NCBI GenBank assembly: GCA_038245435.1
Contig: JBBRSL010000001.1
Span: forward strand, 1 to 59,897
From: Candidatus Saccharimonadales bacterium
Lineage (GTDB): Bacteria > Patescibacteriota > Saccharimonadia > Saccharimonadales > CAIOMD01
DNA length: 59,897 bases
Reading direction: 5' to 3'
The notes under the pieces were generated by a model. That model was given only the letters and a program-made list of their open reading frames with translations. It had not been told where the DNA came from and made no database searches. Shown one piece after another: positions 45,754 to 53,796 of the stretch. The first letter of the stretch is position 1; each line of letters begins with the position of its first letter. A program made the translations under genes and the position numbers.

Positions 45754-47820
45754 ATGGATGAACAATCTAAGAAAAGAGCGCCTCAAAGACCAAACACTGG
45801 TCAGCGCTCAAACAACAAACCTAACAACAGTGCTGCTAGTCAGCAAATAGCACCACGGAGCGTATCGCGCGGGGCAGCTATTCGCGCCCAAAAGCGCAAC
45901 AGTGAAATGGCAAACAAGCTTGCCAATGAATATCTCGATGCTTCATCGACAAAACTCGAAAAGCGCGCGAACCTCATCGACGACAGCCAACGACTCAAGA
46001 TTATTGGTCTTGGTGGTATGGATGGTGGTGGCTCAAAGAACATGATTCTTATTGAGTATAAAAACGATGCAATCGTGATTGATGCTGGTAACGACCTTGG
46101 TGTCGACTTGCCAGGCATTAACTACGGCATTGCTGACGTAACTTACCTCGAAAGCATTAAGCATAAACTGCGTGCATATATTATTACGCACGGTCACCTC
46201 GACCACATTGGCGGCTTACCGCACATCGTGCCAAATATTCCGGCGCCTATTTATGGTAGTAAGTTTACGATTGGCCGTGTCGAAGAAATTTTCGGTAACT
46301 TTGGCTTACCAATGCCCGAAGGCTTTGAGCTTAATACGATTATGATGAACGAAAATACCCATGAACGTCTCAAGATTGGTGAATTCTTTGTTGAACTCGT
46401 GCGTGTCACACACTCAATCCCTGGTAGTACTGTCGTGGTTGTTGACACACCCGTTGGCCGTATCATTAATACTGGCGACTTTAGGCTCGACCCAGATCCA
46501 CTTGACCACGAAAAAACTGACATCGACCGTCTTAAGCAACTTGGTGACGAAGGCGTACTTGCACTTTTAAGTGAAAGTACCACTACTGAGCGCCCAGGTC
46601 GTACACCGAGTGAAAGTACTATCGAACAAAGCTTTGTTGATATTTTGCAGCAAGCACCAGGCCGCGTATTTATCGGGCTATTCTCGACCAATATCAACCG
46701 CGTACAAATGATTATCAATGCTGCCGTGCACAACAACCGCAAAATTGCGATAGATGGTCGCAGCATGGTAAGTACGCTCGAAATGGCCGTTCGTCATGGG
46801 TTTGTAAAAATTCCAAAGGGTACGTTTATCCCGATTAACAGCGCCAATACTTTGCCTGATGACAAAATCGTCGTAGTTTGTACAGGTAGCCAGGGTGAGC
46901 CAAGTGCTGCCTTGGTACGTATGAGTACCGGTGATCACCGTCATATTAAGATGAAACCACAAGACACCGTGGTGCTGAGTTCGACACCTATTCCATACAG
47001 TGGTAACGATGCAAATATTCGCTCGATGGTAGATGATTTGCTCAAAAAAGATGTACACGTCTACCGACACGAAACGCGCGAAGTCGACGGTTGTGGCCCG
47101 CTTCACGTGTCTGGCCATGCCAGCCAAGAAGAGTACAAAGATATGATTAACTACATTCGACCAAAGTTTTTTGTGCCAATTTATGGCGACTTTACGGCTA
47201 AGAAGTATCATATCGAACTTGCTGTCGAAGAAGGCATTCCACGTAAGAATACCCTTAACGTTGATAACGGCGATGTCATAACCTTTACCTCTGACAAAAT
47301 GGAGCTTAGTGGCCAAGTGCCACACGGCACGGTACTTGTCGACCAAACAGGTGCCATTGTCAGTAATGTCGTCGTAAAAGACCGTATTATGATGAGCCAA
47401 GATGGCCTCGTAACAGTGGTGCTAACCGTTGACCGCAAAACCGGCCAGGCGCTGACCAGCCCTGACATCATTAGCCGTGGATTTATCTACATGCGCGATA
47501 ATGAAGAACTCATGAACGAGCTTCGTGGCGAGCTACGCCGAGCAGTACAGCAGCGCTTTAAGCGCATCGATCTTGACCGCTTTAAACAAGAAATCCGTGA
47601 GCATGTTACGCACTTCTTGTACGACAAAACGCAGCGCAGCCCGATTATCATCCCTGTTGTTAATGTGATTGGTAAGGGTGGTACTGTTGCGCCAAATGGT
47701 ACCAACGGTGAGGCGCCTGCAAAACCAGAGGTTGATCCACAAACAGAAGCTATTAGCCAAGCACGCCGTTTTGCGCAACTGCGACAGCAGCTGCTCAACC
47801 AAGACGCTCGTACTGATTAA
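45754..47820 (+). CDS. rnj: ribonuclease J with basic low-complexity N-terminal extension
   Basis: Metallo-beta-lactamase HGHLDHIGG, a beta-CASP region and a C-terminal domain. The first 80 aa or so are rich in K, R, N, Q and S. Confidence 0.9.
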   Translation: MDEQSKKRAPQRPNTGQRSNNKPNNSAASQQIAPRSVSRGAAIRAQKRNSEMANKLANEYLDASSTKLEKRANLIDDSQRLKIIGLGGMDGGGSKNMILIEYKNDAIVIDAGNDLGVDLPGINYGIADVTYLESIKHKLRAYIITHGHLDHIGGLPHIVPNIPAPIYGSKFTIGRVEEIFGNFGLPMPEGFELNTIMMNENTHERLKIGEFFVELVRVTHSIPGSTVVVVDTPVGRIINTGDFRLDPDPLDHEKTDIDRLKQLGDEGVLALLSESTTTERPGRTPSESTIEQSFVDILQQAPGRVFIGLFSTNINRVQMIINAAVHNNRKIAIDGRSMVSTLEMAVRHGFVKIPKGTFIPINSANTLPDDKIVVVCTGSQGEPSAALVRMSTGDHRHIKMKPQDTVVLSSTPIPYSGNDANIRSMVDDLLKKDVHVYRHETREVDGCGPLHVSGHASQEEYKDMINYIRPKFFVPIYGDFTAKKYHIELAVEEGIPRKNTLNVDNGDVITFTSDKMELSGQVPHGTVLVDQTGAIVSNVVVKDRIMMSQDGLVTVVLTVDRKTGQALTSPDIISRGFIYMRDNEELMNELRGELRRAVQQRFKRIDLDRFKQEIREHVTHFLYDKTQRSPIIIPVVNVIGKGGTVAPNGTNGEAPAKPEVDPQTEAISQARRFAQLRQQLLNQDARTD

Positions 47821-47844
47821 CGCATACCAGTATTTGAGTTAAAA

Positions 47845-47870
47845 AGAGGCCCCGCATAAGGGCCTCTTTT
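47845..47870 (+). terminator. intrinsic terminator after rnj
   Basis: agaggccc-cgcataa-gggcctct followed by tttt. Confidence 0.7.
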
Positions 47871-47882
47871 CAGTGCTTAAGC

Positions 47883-47911
47883 TAGACAATAAGGGTAATC
47901 TGTGTTATAAT
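47883..47911 (+). promoter_or_regulatory. promoter TAGACA-17-TATAAT
   Basis: Hexamers at 47883-47888 and 47906-47911. The ATG at 47919 is only 8 nt after the -10, so the mRNA would be leaderless or nearly so. Confidence 0.5.
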
Positions 47912-47918
47912 TAACAAC

Positions 47919-48389
47919 ATGAAAGAATCATCAAGAAGATTTCTAAGAGAACTTCGCATAGACACCGAAGAACCACAAGAATCACTTGTTGAAGTTGCAG
48001 CAACGCCGAAGGATATTGGTGATAAACTCGGTGCTTTTGCTCCAAAAAAATTTAAAGATGCCAGTAGCGTTATGGTGAACGGGTATATTGCACGCGCAGA
48101 TGACGACTCAACGCATAAACGCTTAAATATTAAGTATTATAACCCCGAAGACCAACCAGCATTTATGCAGCTTTTTGCAGAACTAGCCTATAGAGACTTA
48201 ATGGTTCCCGAGCACAGTATTAGTAAGTTTTACCTACGATTTGTGAGCGATGAGCTACATTTACAAAAGCTGGTTCGAAAACCAGGTGAATCAGCGTTAA
48301 AATATGTTGATTGCGATCAAGATACCGTTGATAGAGTTGCTGAATGGCTTGATACATATCATGTAATGAGGGTAGCTAAGCTAATTTAA
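47919..48389 (+). CDS. hypothetical protein
   Basis: 156 aa with no recognised domain. Confidence 0.5.
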   Translation: MKESSRRFLRELRIDTEEPQESLVEVAATPKDIGDKLGAFAPKKFKDASSVMVNGYIARADDDSTHKRLNIKYYNPEDQPAFMQLFAELAYRDLMVPEHSISKFYLRFVSDELHLQKLVRKPGESALKYVDCDQDTVDRVAEWLDTYHVMRVAKLI

Positions 48390-48439
48390 CGAGCCCGCTA
48401 TATAACAAAAACTAACAAATAGGCTACAATAAAACAGAT

Positions 48440-50665
48440 ATGGCTAAGAAGAAAAAGACAACCAAGAAAAAGAAAGTACAAAAAGAAACTCCTGAAATGA
48501 AAACGGGGAGTTATTTTTGGCGTCAAGTAACGGCGTTTATTATGATTGTGCTCGCGCTATTTGTGCTTATCGGCGGCTTTGGTTTGGGAGGTACGTTCCC
48601 AGTACATCTATTTAAAACGAGTGCTTGGTTTGTAGGCTATAGTGCTTTTTTGGTGCCTTTTGTACTTATATTTTTGGCAATTGCTAAGCTCAAGCACGAA
48701 GAGTACCAAATTCCGTTTTCAAAGCTTGTTACCAGCCTTATATTTTTGGCAATGCTAGCTGGCATGTTGCACGTGGTGCTTGACGCCGGCAATGCAGCCG
48801 ATTACGCAAAAGCAGGGCAGTACGGTGGCCAAGTCGGCAATGGGTTACGTAACTTTAGTTTGATGTTCTTGAGCCAAACGACCGCTTTTATTAGCTTTTT
48901 TGTACTGGGTTGGATTGCCTTTATGTTCATGTTTGGCCTATCACCAAAGCGTATGGGTAAAAGCTTTATGAGTATGTTCCAGCGTGAGCAACGCGAACCA
49001 GACACTGATTTACGAGAACTTAAAGCTAAGGGCGAAACCGACAAAGGTTTTCAATTACATGAAGGTGTGCCAATTGAGCACCATACGGCAGCCGAAAAGG
49101 CAGCTAAGCTATCAACTATCAAAAACACCGCTACCAAGCTCAGCGTAGCCGAAGATCACGCCGCGCTCACCACAGTCACCGATGTTGACTGGAAGTTCCC
49201 AGGTGTTGAATTGCTTGATCAAAAGCAAGATAAAGCCGACCCTGGCAATATCAAAGAAAACGCCGATATGATTAAAGATACACTGGCTAACTTTAATATT
49301 GATGTCGAAATGGAAGGTGCCAATGTAGGCCCGCGCGTCACGCAATATACTCTTCGTCCACCTGCCGGAGTTAAGATGAACAAAATTGCTGGACTGGCAG
49401 ATAACATCGCACTTGATTTAGCTGCTCAATCAATTCGTATCGAAGCACCTATCCCCGGTAAACGAGCCGTTGGTGTCGAAGTGCCAAACCTCAAGTCGGC
49501 AACGGTACGCCTTGCCGGAATCCTCAATAGTAAAGAGTGGAAAGAGCAATCATCGACACTTGGTTTCGCGATTGGTAAAGATATTGCGGGTGACCCGGTT
49601 GTCGCTCAGCTCGATAAAATGCCGCATATGCTCGTTGCTGGTCAAACTAACTCAGGTAAGTCAGTGATGATTAATACTTTGCTTACGAGTTTGCTTTATC
49701 GCAATAGCCCGTCAGACATGAAACTGATTTTGGTTGACCCAAAACAGGTTGAACTTACGCCGTATAACGATATTCCGCACCTGCTCACGCCAGTGATTAC
49801 TGAACCCGAAAAGTGTATTAGCGCACTCAAATGGGCTGTTGCCGAAATGGAGCGCCGCCTTAAGGCATTCGCGGGCGAGAAGAAGCGCAATATTTCTGAG
49901 TATAACGCGATTGCTGAGCTCGAAAGCATGCCCTATATCGTGATCGTGATTGATGAGCTTGCAGACCTTATGATGATGGCCGCCAAAGACGTTGAATCAT
50001 TAATTGTACGTTTGGCGCAAAAAGCTCGTGCAGCTGGTATCCACTTAGTATTGGCAACGCAGAGCCCACGTGTCGATGTTATTACGGGTCTTATTAAGGC
50101 CAACGTCCCGGCTAAGATTTCATTTACCGTATCTAACCAAATTGAATCACGCATTATTATTGACCAGCCAGGCAGTGAAAAGCTGCTCGGTATGGGTGAT
50201 ATGTTGCTGTTAACGCCTGCTATGGGCAAGCCTAAGCGCGTACAAGCCGCTTACATTAGCGATGAGGAAACGTTGCGGGTTACAGACTTTTTACGAGCGC
50301 AGAGGGGCCCACAATACGATGATGAAGTTGTGAGCATGCCGGTGGTTCTTAATGGTCGTGGGGGTATTGTCGTAGAGCACACTAGCCATGATGATGCCGA
50401 TGATGACATGTGGGAAGATGCTGTACGCGTAGTGATTGAAAACCAAAAAGCTAGTACTAGTCTGTTGCAACGTCGCTTACGTATTGGCTATGGCCGTGCC
50501 AGTCGTATTATGGACATCATGGAAGAAAAGGGTATCATTGGCCAGGCTGACGGCCAGCGCCCACGTGAAGTGCTGGTAAGTAGCATGAGTGATGTCTTTG
50601 GGAGCACCGAACCGACTCAAATTGAAGTCAGCGACGACCCGCGCGATGAATATCTCACGAGGTAG
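48440..50665 (+). CDS. ftsK: DNA translocase FtsK
   Basis: N-terminal TM helices, motor domain with Walker A GQTNSGKS and Walker B IVIVIDELADL, and a gamma winged-helix domain (STSLLQRRLRIGYGRASRIMD). Confidence 0.95.
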   Translation: MAKKKKTTKKKKVQKETPEMKTGSYFWRQVTAFIMIVLALFVLIGGFGLGGTFPVHLFKTSAWFVGYSAFLVPFVLIFLAIAKLKHEEYQIPFSKLVTSLIFLAMLAGMLHVVLDAGNAADYAKAGQYGGQVGNGLRNFSLMFLSQTTAFISFFVLGWIAFMFMFGLSPKRMGKSFMSMFQREQREPDTDLRELKAKGETDKGFQLHEGVPIEHHTAAEKAAKLSTIKNTATKLSVAEDHAALTTVTDVDWKFPGVELLDQKQDKADPGNIKENADMIKDTLANFNIDVEMEGANVGPRVTQYTLRPPAGVKMNKIAGLADNIALDLAAQSIRIEAPIPGKRAVGVEVPNLKSATVRLAGILNSKEWKEQSSTLGFAIGKDIAGDPVVAQLDKMPHMLVAGQTNSGKSVMINTLLTSLLYRNSPSDMKLILVDPKQVELTPYNDIPHLLTPVITEPEKCISALKWAVAEMERRLKAFAGEKKRNISEYNAIAELESMPYIVIVIDELADLMMMAAKDVESLIVRLAQKARAAGIHLVLATQSPRVDVITGLIKANVPAKISFTVSNQIESRIIIDQPGSEKLLGMGDMLLLTPAMGKPKRVQAAYISDEETLRVTDFLRAQRGPQYDDEVVSMPVVLNGRGGIVVEHTSHDDADDDMWEDAVRVVIENQKASTSLLQRRLRIGYGRASRIMDIMEEKGIIGQADGQRPREVLVSSMSDVFGSTEPTQIEVSDDPRDEYLTR

Positions 50666-50738
50666 ACATTGGATGCTAGACGTTGGATGTTGGAGCAGGC
50701 GCAGTTTTTTAGTATCTAGTATCTGACGTCTAACATCT
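50663..50738 (+). repeat. long imperfect hairpin with heptad/14-nt word structure starting at the ftsK stop codon
   Basis: 5' arm tagacattggatgc tagacgttggatgt tgga and 3' arm tagtatc tagtatc tgacgtc taacatc ta. Aligning gatgctagacgttggatgttgga against the 3' arm gives 23 positions with one true mismatch and five G.U pairs that exist only in the plus-strand RNA. Confidence 0.75.
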
Positions 50739-50740
50739 AA

Positions 50741-50771
50741 AAAAGAGCTTGTGTTTATAAGCTCTTTTTTT
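50741..50771 (+). terminator. intrinsic terminator after ftsK
   Basis: aaagagctt-gtgtttat-aagctcttt followed by ttttt. Confidence 0.75.
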
Positions 50772-50818
50772 GTACACTGCAGACAAGGTAGAGAACTAAA
50801 AGAAACAGGAGCGTGTGT

Positions 50819-51628
50819 ATGAGCTTCGAGATACAACACAACATAGAGGACGCTGAGGCTGATGCTGGGGCGTCTTTTTTTATTGAGCAGGCACTCATAA
50901 GTCCGGCTTTTATAGATGAATTTACTGGTCTGCCGTTGCCGATTCTGCCTGTAGAAAACTTCTACAGTTCATTTAATGATCAGCACCATGCATTTTTTTC
51001 TGACGATAGATCTGTCTACAAAGACGAAAGCGGTCGCGTGCTACGACATTCTCGCTTGCAGTATGGCCCCCGAAGGTTGCATAGCCGCTATCACGATTTT
51101 TTTGATGGCGTGCCATTGCCGCAAGACCCTGTACAGCGCTTTGGCATGGCAGTGCTAGCATACGCTGGCTATATCCCCGAACAAGCGGTTGATGTACGCG
51201 GCTCAAGGCCTGAACGAGTTATATTAACCCCCGATGAAAGACTGTACCTACAAAGCGGCGAAGTAATTTATACTGAACGTCGCATGAGCTCGCTCACGGG
51301 TCGCGATACGAACAACATCAAAAGGGGCGTGTACTTTATGAAGCACGCCATGGCCCAGGGTTTTGATTACCTCAAACAAAGCCAATTAGATGAATTTGTA
51401 ACGACAGAAGATTCACACAGGCGCCTTGAGCTTGGTATGTTTATTGTGAATCAAGCATTTTTAAGAGCTGTTGAGCCGATCGAGGATTTGTACAGGGTTG
51501 CTCATAAACATGGCCATATTCATCCAGAGGAGCGCCGGCACCCAGTTGGGATTCTTGAAAAAGTAACCAAAGGCTATCAGCCGGATTATTTTGATGAAAT
51601 ACAGCGCATTATCATTACTGCAGCTTAG
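50819..51628 (+). CDS. hypothetical protein
   Basis: ATG at 50819 lies 8 nt after AGGAG. 269 aa and His/Arg-rich (DQHHAFF, RLHSRYHDFF). The protein ends ...QRIIITAA. Confidence 0.55.
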   Translation: MSFEIQHNIEDAEADAGASFFIEQALISPAFIDEFTGLPLPILPVENFYSSFNDQHHAFFSDDRSVYKDESGRVLRHSRLQYGPRRLHSRYHDFFDGVPLPQDPVQRFGMAVLAYAGYIPEQAVDVRGSRPERVILTPDERLYLQSGEVIYTERRMSSLTGRDTNNIKRGVYFMKHAMAQGFDYLKQSQLDEFVTTEDSHRRLELGMFIVNQAFLRAVEPIEDLYRVAHKHGHIHPEERRHPVGILEKVTKGYQPDYFDEIQRIIITAA

Positions 51629-51629
51629 C

Positions 51630-51658
51630 TTGCATAACAGGGGCGAATAGGCTATAAT
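51630..51658 (+). promoter_or_regulatory. promoter TTGCAT-17-TATAAT of the rpsF-ssb-rpsR operon
   Basis: Hexamers at 51630-51635 and 51653-51658. A leader of about 65 nt precedes rpsF. Confidence 0.6.
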
Positions 51659-51728
51659 AGCAGTACTATTAACTTCGGCTCACAGCTTTTATGCATGTGG
51701 GCGATAACCAGAGGAAGGAATTCTCTCT

Positions 51729-52112
51729 ATGACAAGCAGCTATGAAATAGCCGTTTTATATCACCCGGATCTAGAAATAGATATCGAAAAACCTGCCGCC
51801 AAGGTAGTTAAAATCTTTACCGATAACGGTGGTAAAGTAACCGCAGAAGATAACTGGGGCAAGCGAAAGCTGGCATACACGGTTAAGGGCCACGATCACG
51901 CTGTATACGTTTTTTATACGGTTGATATCCCTGGCGAAAACGTTGCCAAGATTGAATCAATCTTGAACATCACTGACGAAGTAATCCGTTTTTTGATTAC
52001 CAAGCCAGATACTAAAGCTATTGAAAAGGCAGAAGCCTTTAAGGCAGAGCGTGCGAAAAAGAATGCTGGCCGCGAAGCTGCAAAAGCAGCCGGCGAAGTT
52101 ACTGAAAACTAA
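51729..52112 (+). CDS. rpsF: 30S ribosomal protein S6
   Basis: YEIAVLYHPDLE...NWGKRKLAYTVKGHDHAVYVFY, with a Lys/Ala-rich tail. Confidence 0.9.
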   Translation: MTSSYEIAVLYHPDLEIDIEKPAAKVVKIFTDNGGKVTAEDNWGKRKLAYTVKGHDHAVYVFYTVDIPGENVAKIESILNITDEVIRFLITKPDTKAIEKAEAFKAERAKKNAGREAAKAAGEVTEN

Positions 52113-52145
52113 GGTTACAAAAGACATTTAACGGAGAACAAGAAC

Positions 52146-52598
52146 ATGGCACGAAGTTTTAACCAAGTAACACTTATGGGCAACCTAACCCGTGACCCAG
52201 AACTACGCACCACGCCAAATGGCCAAAGTGTCTGTAGCTTTAGCCTTGCGCTAAATCGCAGCTACAAAGGTGCCGATGGCAACTATGTAGAAGCAACTGA
52301 CTTTGTTGACGTAACGGCTTGGGGCCCACTTGGTGAGCGCGTTAGCCAGTACGTGACTAAAGGTCGCCCAGTGCTTGTAAGCGGTCGTTTACAAAGCCGC
52401 GCATGGGAACAAGATGGCCAAAAACGTAGTAAGGTTGAAGTTGTTGCGCAAGACGTCACATTCCTCGGCGGCCGTGGTGAAGGCGAAGGTGGCTCAGCTC
52501 CACAAGCAAGTGAAAAGAGTGCACCAGCACCGAAAAAAGACGTCGCAATCGAAGACATTAGCGACGAACCAATTGATTTAAGTGAAATACCATTCTAG
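52146..52598 (+). CDS. ssb: single-stranded DNA-binding protein
   Basis: OB-fold NQVTLMGNLTRDPELR..., a Gly-rich linker and the acidic tip DLSEIPF. Confidence 0.95.
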   Translation: MARSFNQVTLMGNLTRDPELRTTPNGQSVCSFSLALNRSYKGADGNYVEATDFVDVTAWGPLGERVSQYVTKGRPVLVSGRLQSRAWEQDGQKRSKVEVVAQDVTFLGGRGEGEGGSAPQASEKSAPAPKKDVAIEDISDEPIDLSEIPF

Positions 52599-52608
52599 TA
52601 GAACAGAA

Positions 52609-52678
52609 CTTGGGAATAGGGCTCAGGTAATGGGTAATGGGGTTCGCCCCAGTTCCTAGTTCCCAACCACTAACCCCT
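52609..52678 (+). repeat. G-rich / C-rich arm hairpin with UUCG loop in the ssb-rpsR spacer
   Basis: cttgggaatagggctcaggtaatgggtaatgggg-ttcg-ccccagttcctagttcccaaccactaacccc. Words repeat every 7 nt (ggtaatg ggtaatg ; tcctagt tcccaac). The 5' arm has almost no C and the 3' arm almost no G. Confidence 0.7.
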
Positions 52679-52704
52679 AAATTCAACAAAGGAGAATTTA
52701 AACT

Positions 52705-52911
52705 ATGGCTAAGAACAATCGAAAACCAGTAACCGGAACCGTTTATTTTGACTACAAAGATGTCAAAACCCTACAACGTTTCGTAAACCAATTTGGGCAA
52801 ATCGAAGTACGCAAGCGTACCGGTTTAACCGAAATGCAACAACGTCGTCTTGCAAAAGCTATCAAGCGCGCTCGACACATTGCATTACTTCCATTTATTG
52901 CATCAAACTAA
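52705..52911 (+). CDS. rpsR: 30S ribosomal protein S18
   Basis: FDYKDVKTLQRFVNQFGQIEVRKRTGLTEMQQRRLAKAIKRARHIALLPF. Confidence 0.9.
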   Translation: MAKNNRKPVTGTVYFDYKDVKTLQRFVNQFGQIEVRKRTGLTEMQQRRLAKAIKRARHIALLPFIASN

Positions 52912-52914
52912 ACA

Positions 52915-52984
52915 TTTGAATAACGAATATTGAAGAACGAATAATGACGTTCATTATTCAATCTTCAATATTCTAAATTTCAAA
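52915..52984 (+). repeat. about 70-nt near-perfect palindrome in the rpsR-efp spacer
   Basis: The core is gaatattgaaga-ac-gaataatga-cgt-tcattattc-aa-tcttcaatattc, with a 9-bp and a 12-bp perfect stem. An outer tttgaa/ttcaaa pair reaches the efp RBS. The sequence parses into 7-nt words. Confidence 0.85.
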
Positions 52985-52996
52985 GGAAATTTAATT

Positions 52997-53563
52997 ATGG
53001 CATTTGGCATAACAGATTTAAAAAAAGGCACTGTCTTTCAACTCGAAGGACACCCCTATAAAGTGCTCGAATACGGCCAAAAAGTTATGGGCCGTGGCGG
53101 TTCAATTGTGAACGTTCGCATTAAAAGTGTTATCGACGGTAAGGTGCTTTCAAAAACGTTTAAAGGCAACGAATCTATCGAACCAGCAGAAGTTGGCTAT
53201 CAAAACGTGCAGTATCTGTATAAGGATGCTGATAAGTTTTATTTTATGGATAACGATAGCTATGAGCAGATAGAAGTAAGTACCGAAATGATTGATGAAG
53301 GTGCCGGCTACTTAAAAGAGGGTGATAACGTAAAAGCTCAAAACTTTGACGGCCAGATTATTAATATCGAACTACCTAAGAATGTGTATCTCGAAGTCAC
53401 CTATACCGAAAGCGTTACGAAAGGTGATACAACCAGCAGTGTGCAAAAAGATGCCACGCTCGAAACAGGCATCACTATTAAAGTTCCGTCATTTATTAAG
53501 CAGGGCGACATTGTGTCTGTCGATACTGAAACTGGCGCATACCGCGAGCGCAAAAAAGACTAG
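52997..53563 (+). CDS. efp: elongation factor P
   Basis: DLKKGTVFQLEGHPYKVLEYGQKVMGRGGS... and three OB/KOW-like domains. 188 aa. Confidence 0.95.
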   Translation: MAFGITDLKKGTVFQLEGHPYKVLEYGQKVMGRGGSIVNVRIKSVIDGKVLSKTFKGNESIEPAEVGYQNVQYLYKDADKFYFMDNDSYEQIEVSTEMIDEGAGYLKEGDNVKAQNFDGQIINIELPKNVYLEVTYTESVTKGDTTSSVQKDATLETGITIKVPSFIKQGDIVSVDTETGAYRERKKD

Positions 53564-53639
53564 AAAATCTGCGCAAAACGGGTGTACACTATTTAGCAGA
53601 TAGCACCAATATACATAATTTAAACAAAAGGATATAACC

Positions 53640-53789
53640 ATGACATTTGGCGAACAAAGAGTATTTAGTGTTACTGATGAATTAGAGCTTGGAACAGACG
53701 TTGTAGCTGCAATTGAATCACAAGATGCTATGGAGCGATTCCAGGCTGTTGCTGAAGCGGCCGGCGACCTGGCTATTCGCGCAGCTTAA
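53640..53789 (+). CDS. 49-aa acidic peptide (not in ORF track)
   Basis: AAGGA lies 8 nt upstream. Sequence MTFGEQRVFSVTDELELGTDVVAAIESQDAMERFQAVAEAAGDLAIRAA. Its stop lies 7 nt before the tlyA ATG. Confidence 0.4.
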   Translation: MTFGEQRVFSVTDELELGTDVVAAIESQDAMERFQAVAEAAGDLAIRAA

Positions 53790-53796
53790 GAGGTTT

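Noticed and set aside
4670-50839. Dozens of 60-170 aa ORFs nested inside or antisense to confidently identified genes (for example inside the ABC permease, dnaG, pnp, rnj and ftsK)
   Set aside because: They all overlap longer ORFs that have clear family motifs. They lack RBS and start context and have no recognisable features.
51659-51728. rpsF leader as the known S6:S18-binding autoregulatory RNA
   Set aside because: The position after the promoter and the length of about 65 nt are right. However, I cannot verify the conserved structure or sequence of that motif from memory, so I make no call.
53713-53796. Upstream extension of the tlyA ORF (start at 53713)
   Set aside because: It overlaps the separately framed 49-aa ORF with a good RBS. 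The TlyA S4 domain begins at the ATG at 53797, which has its own RBS.
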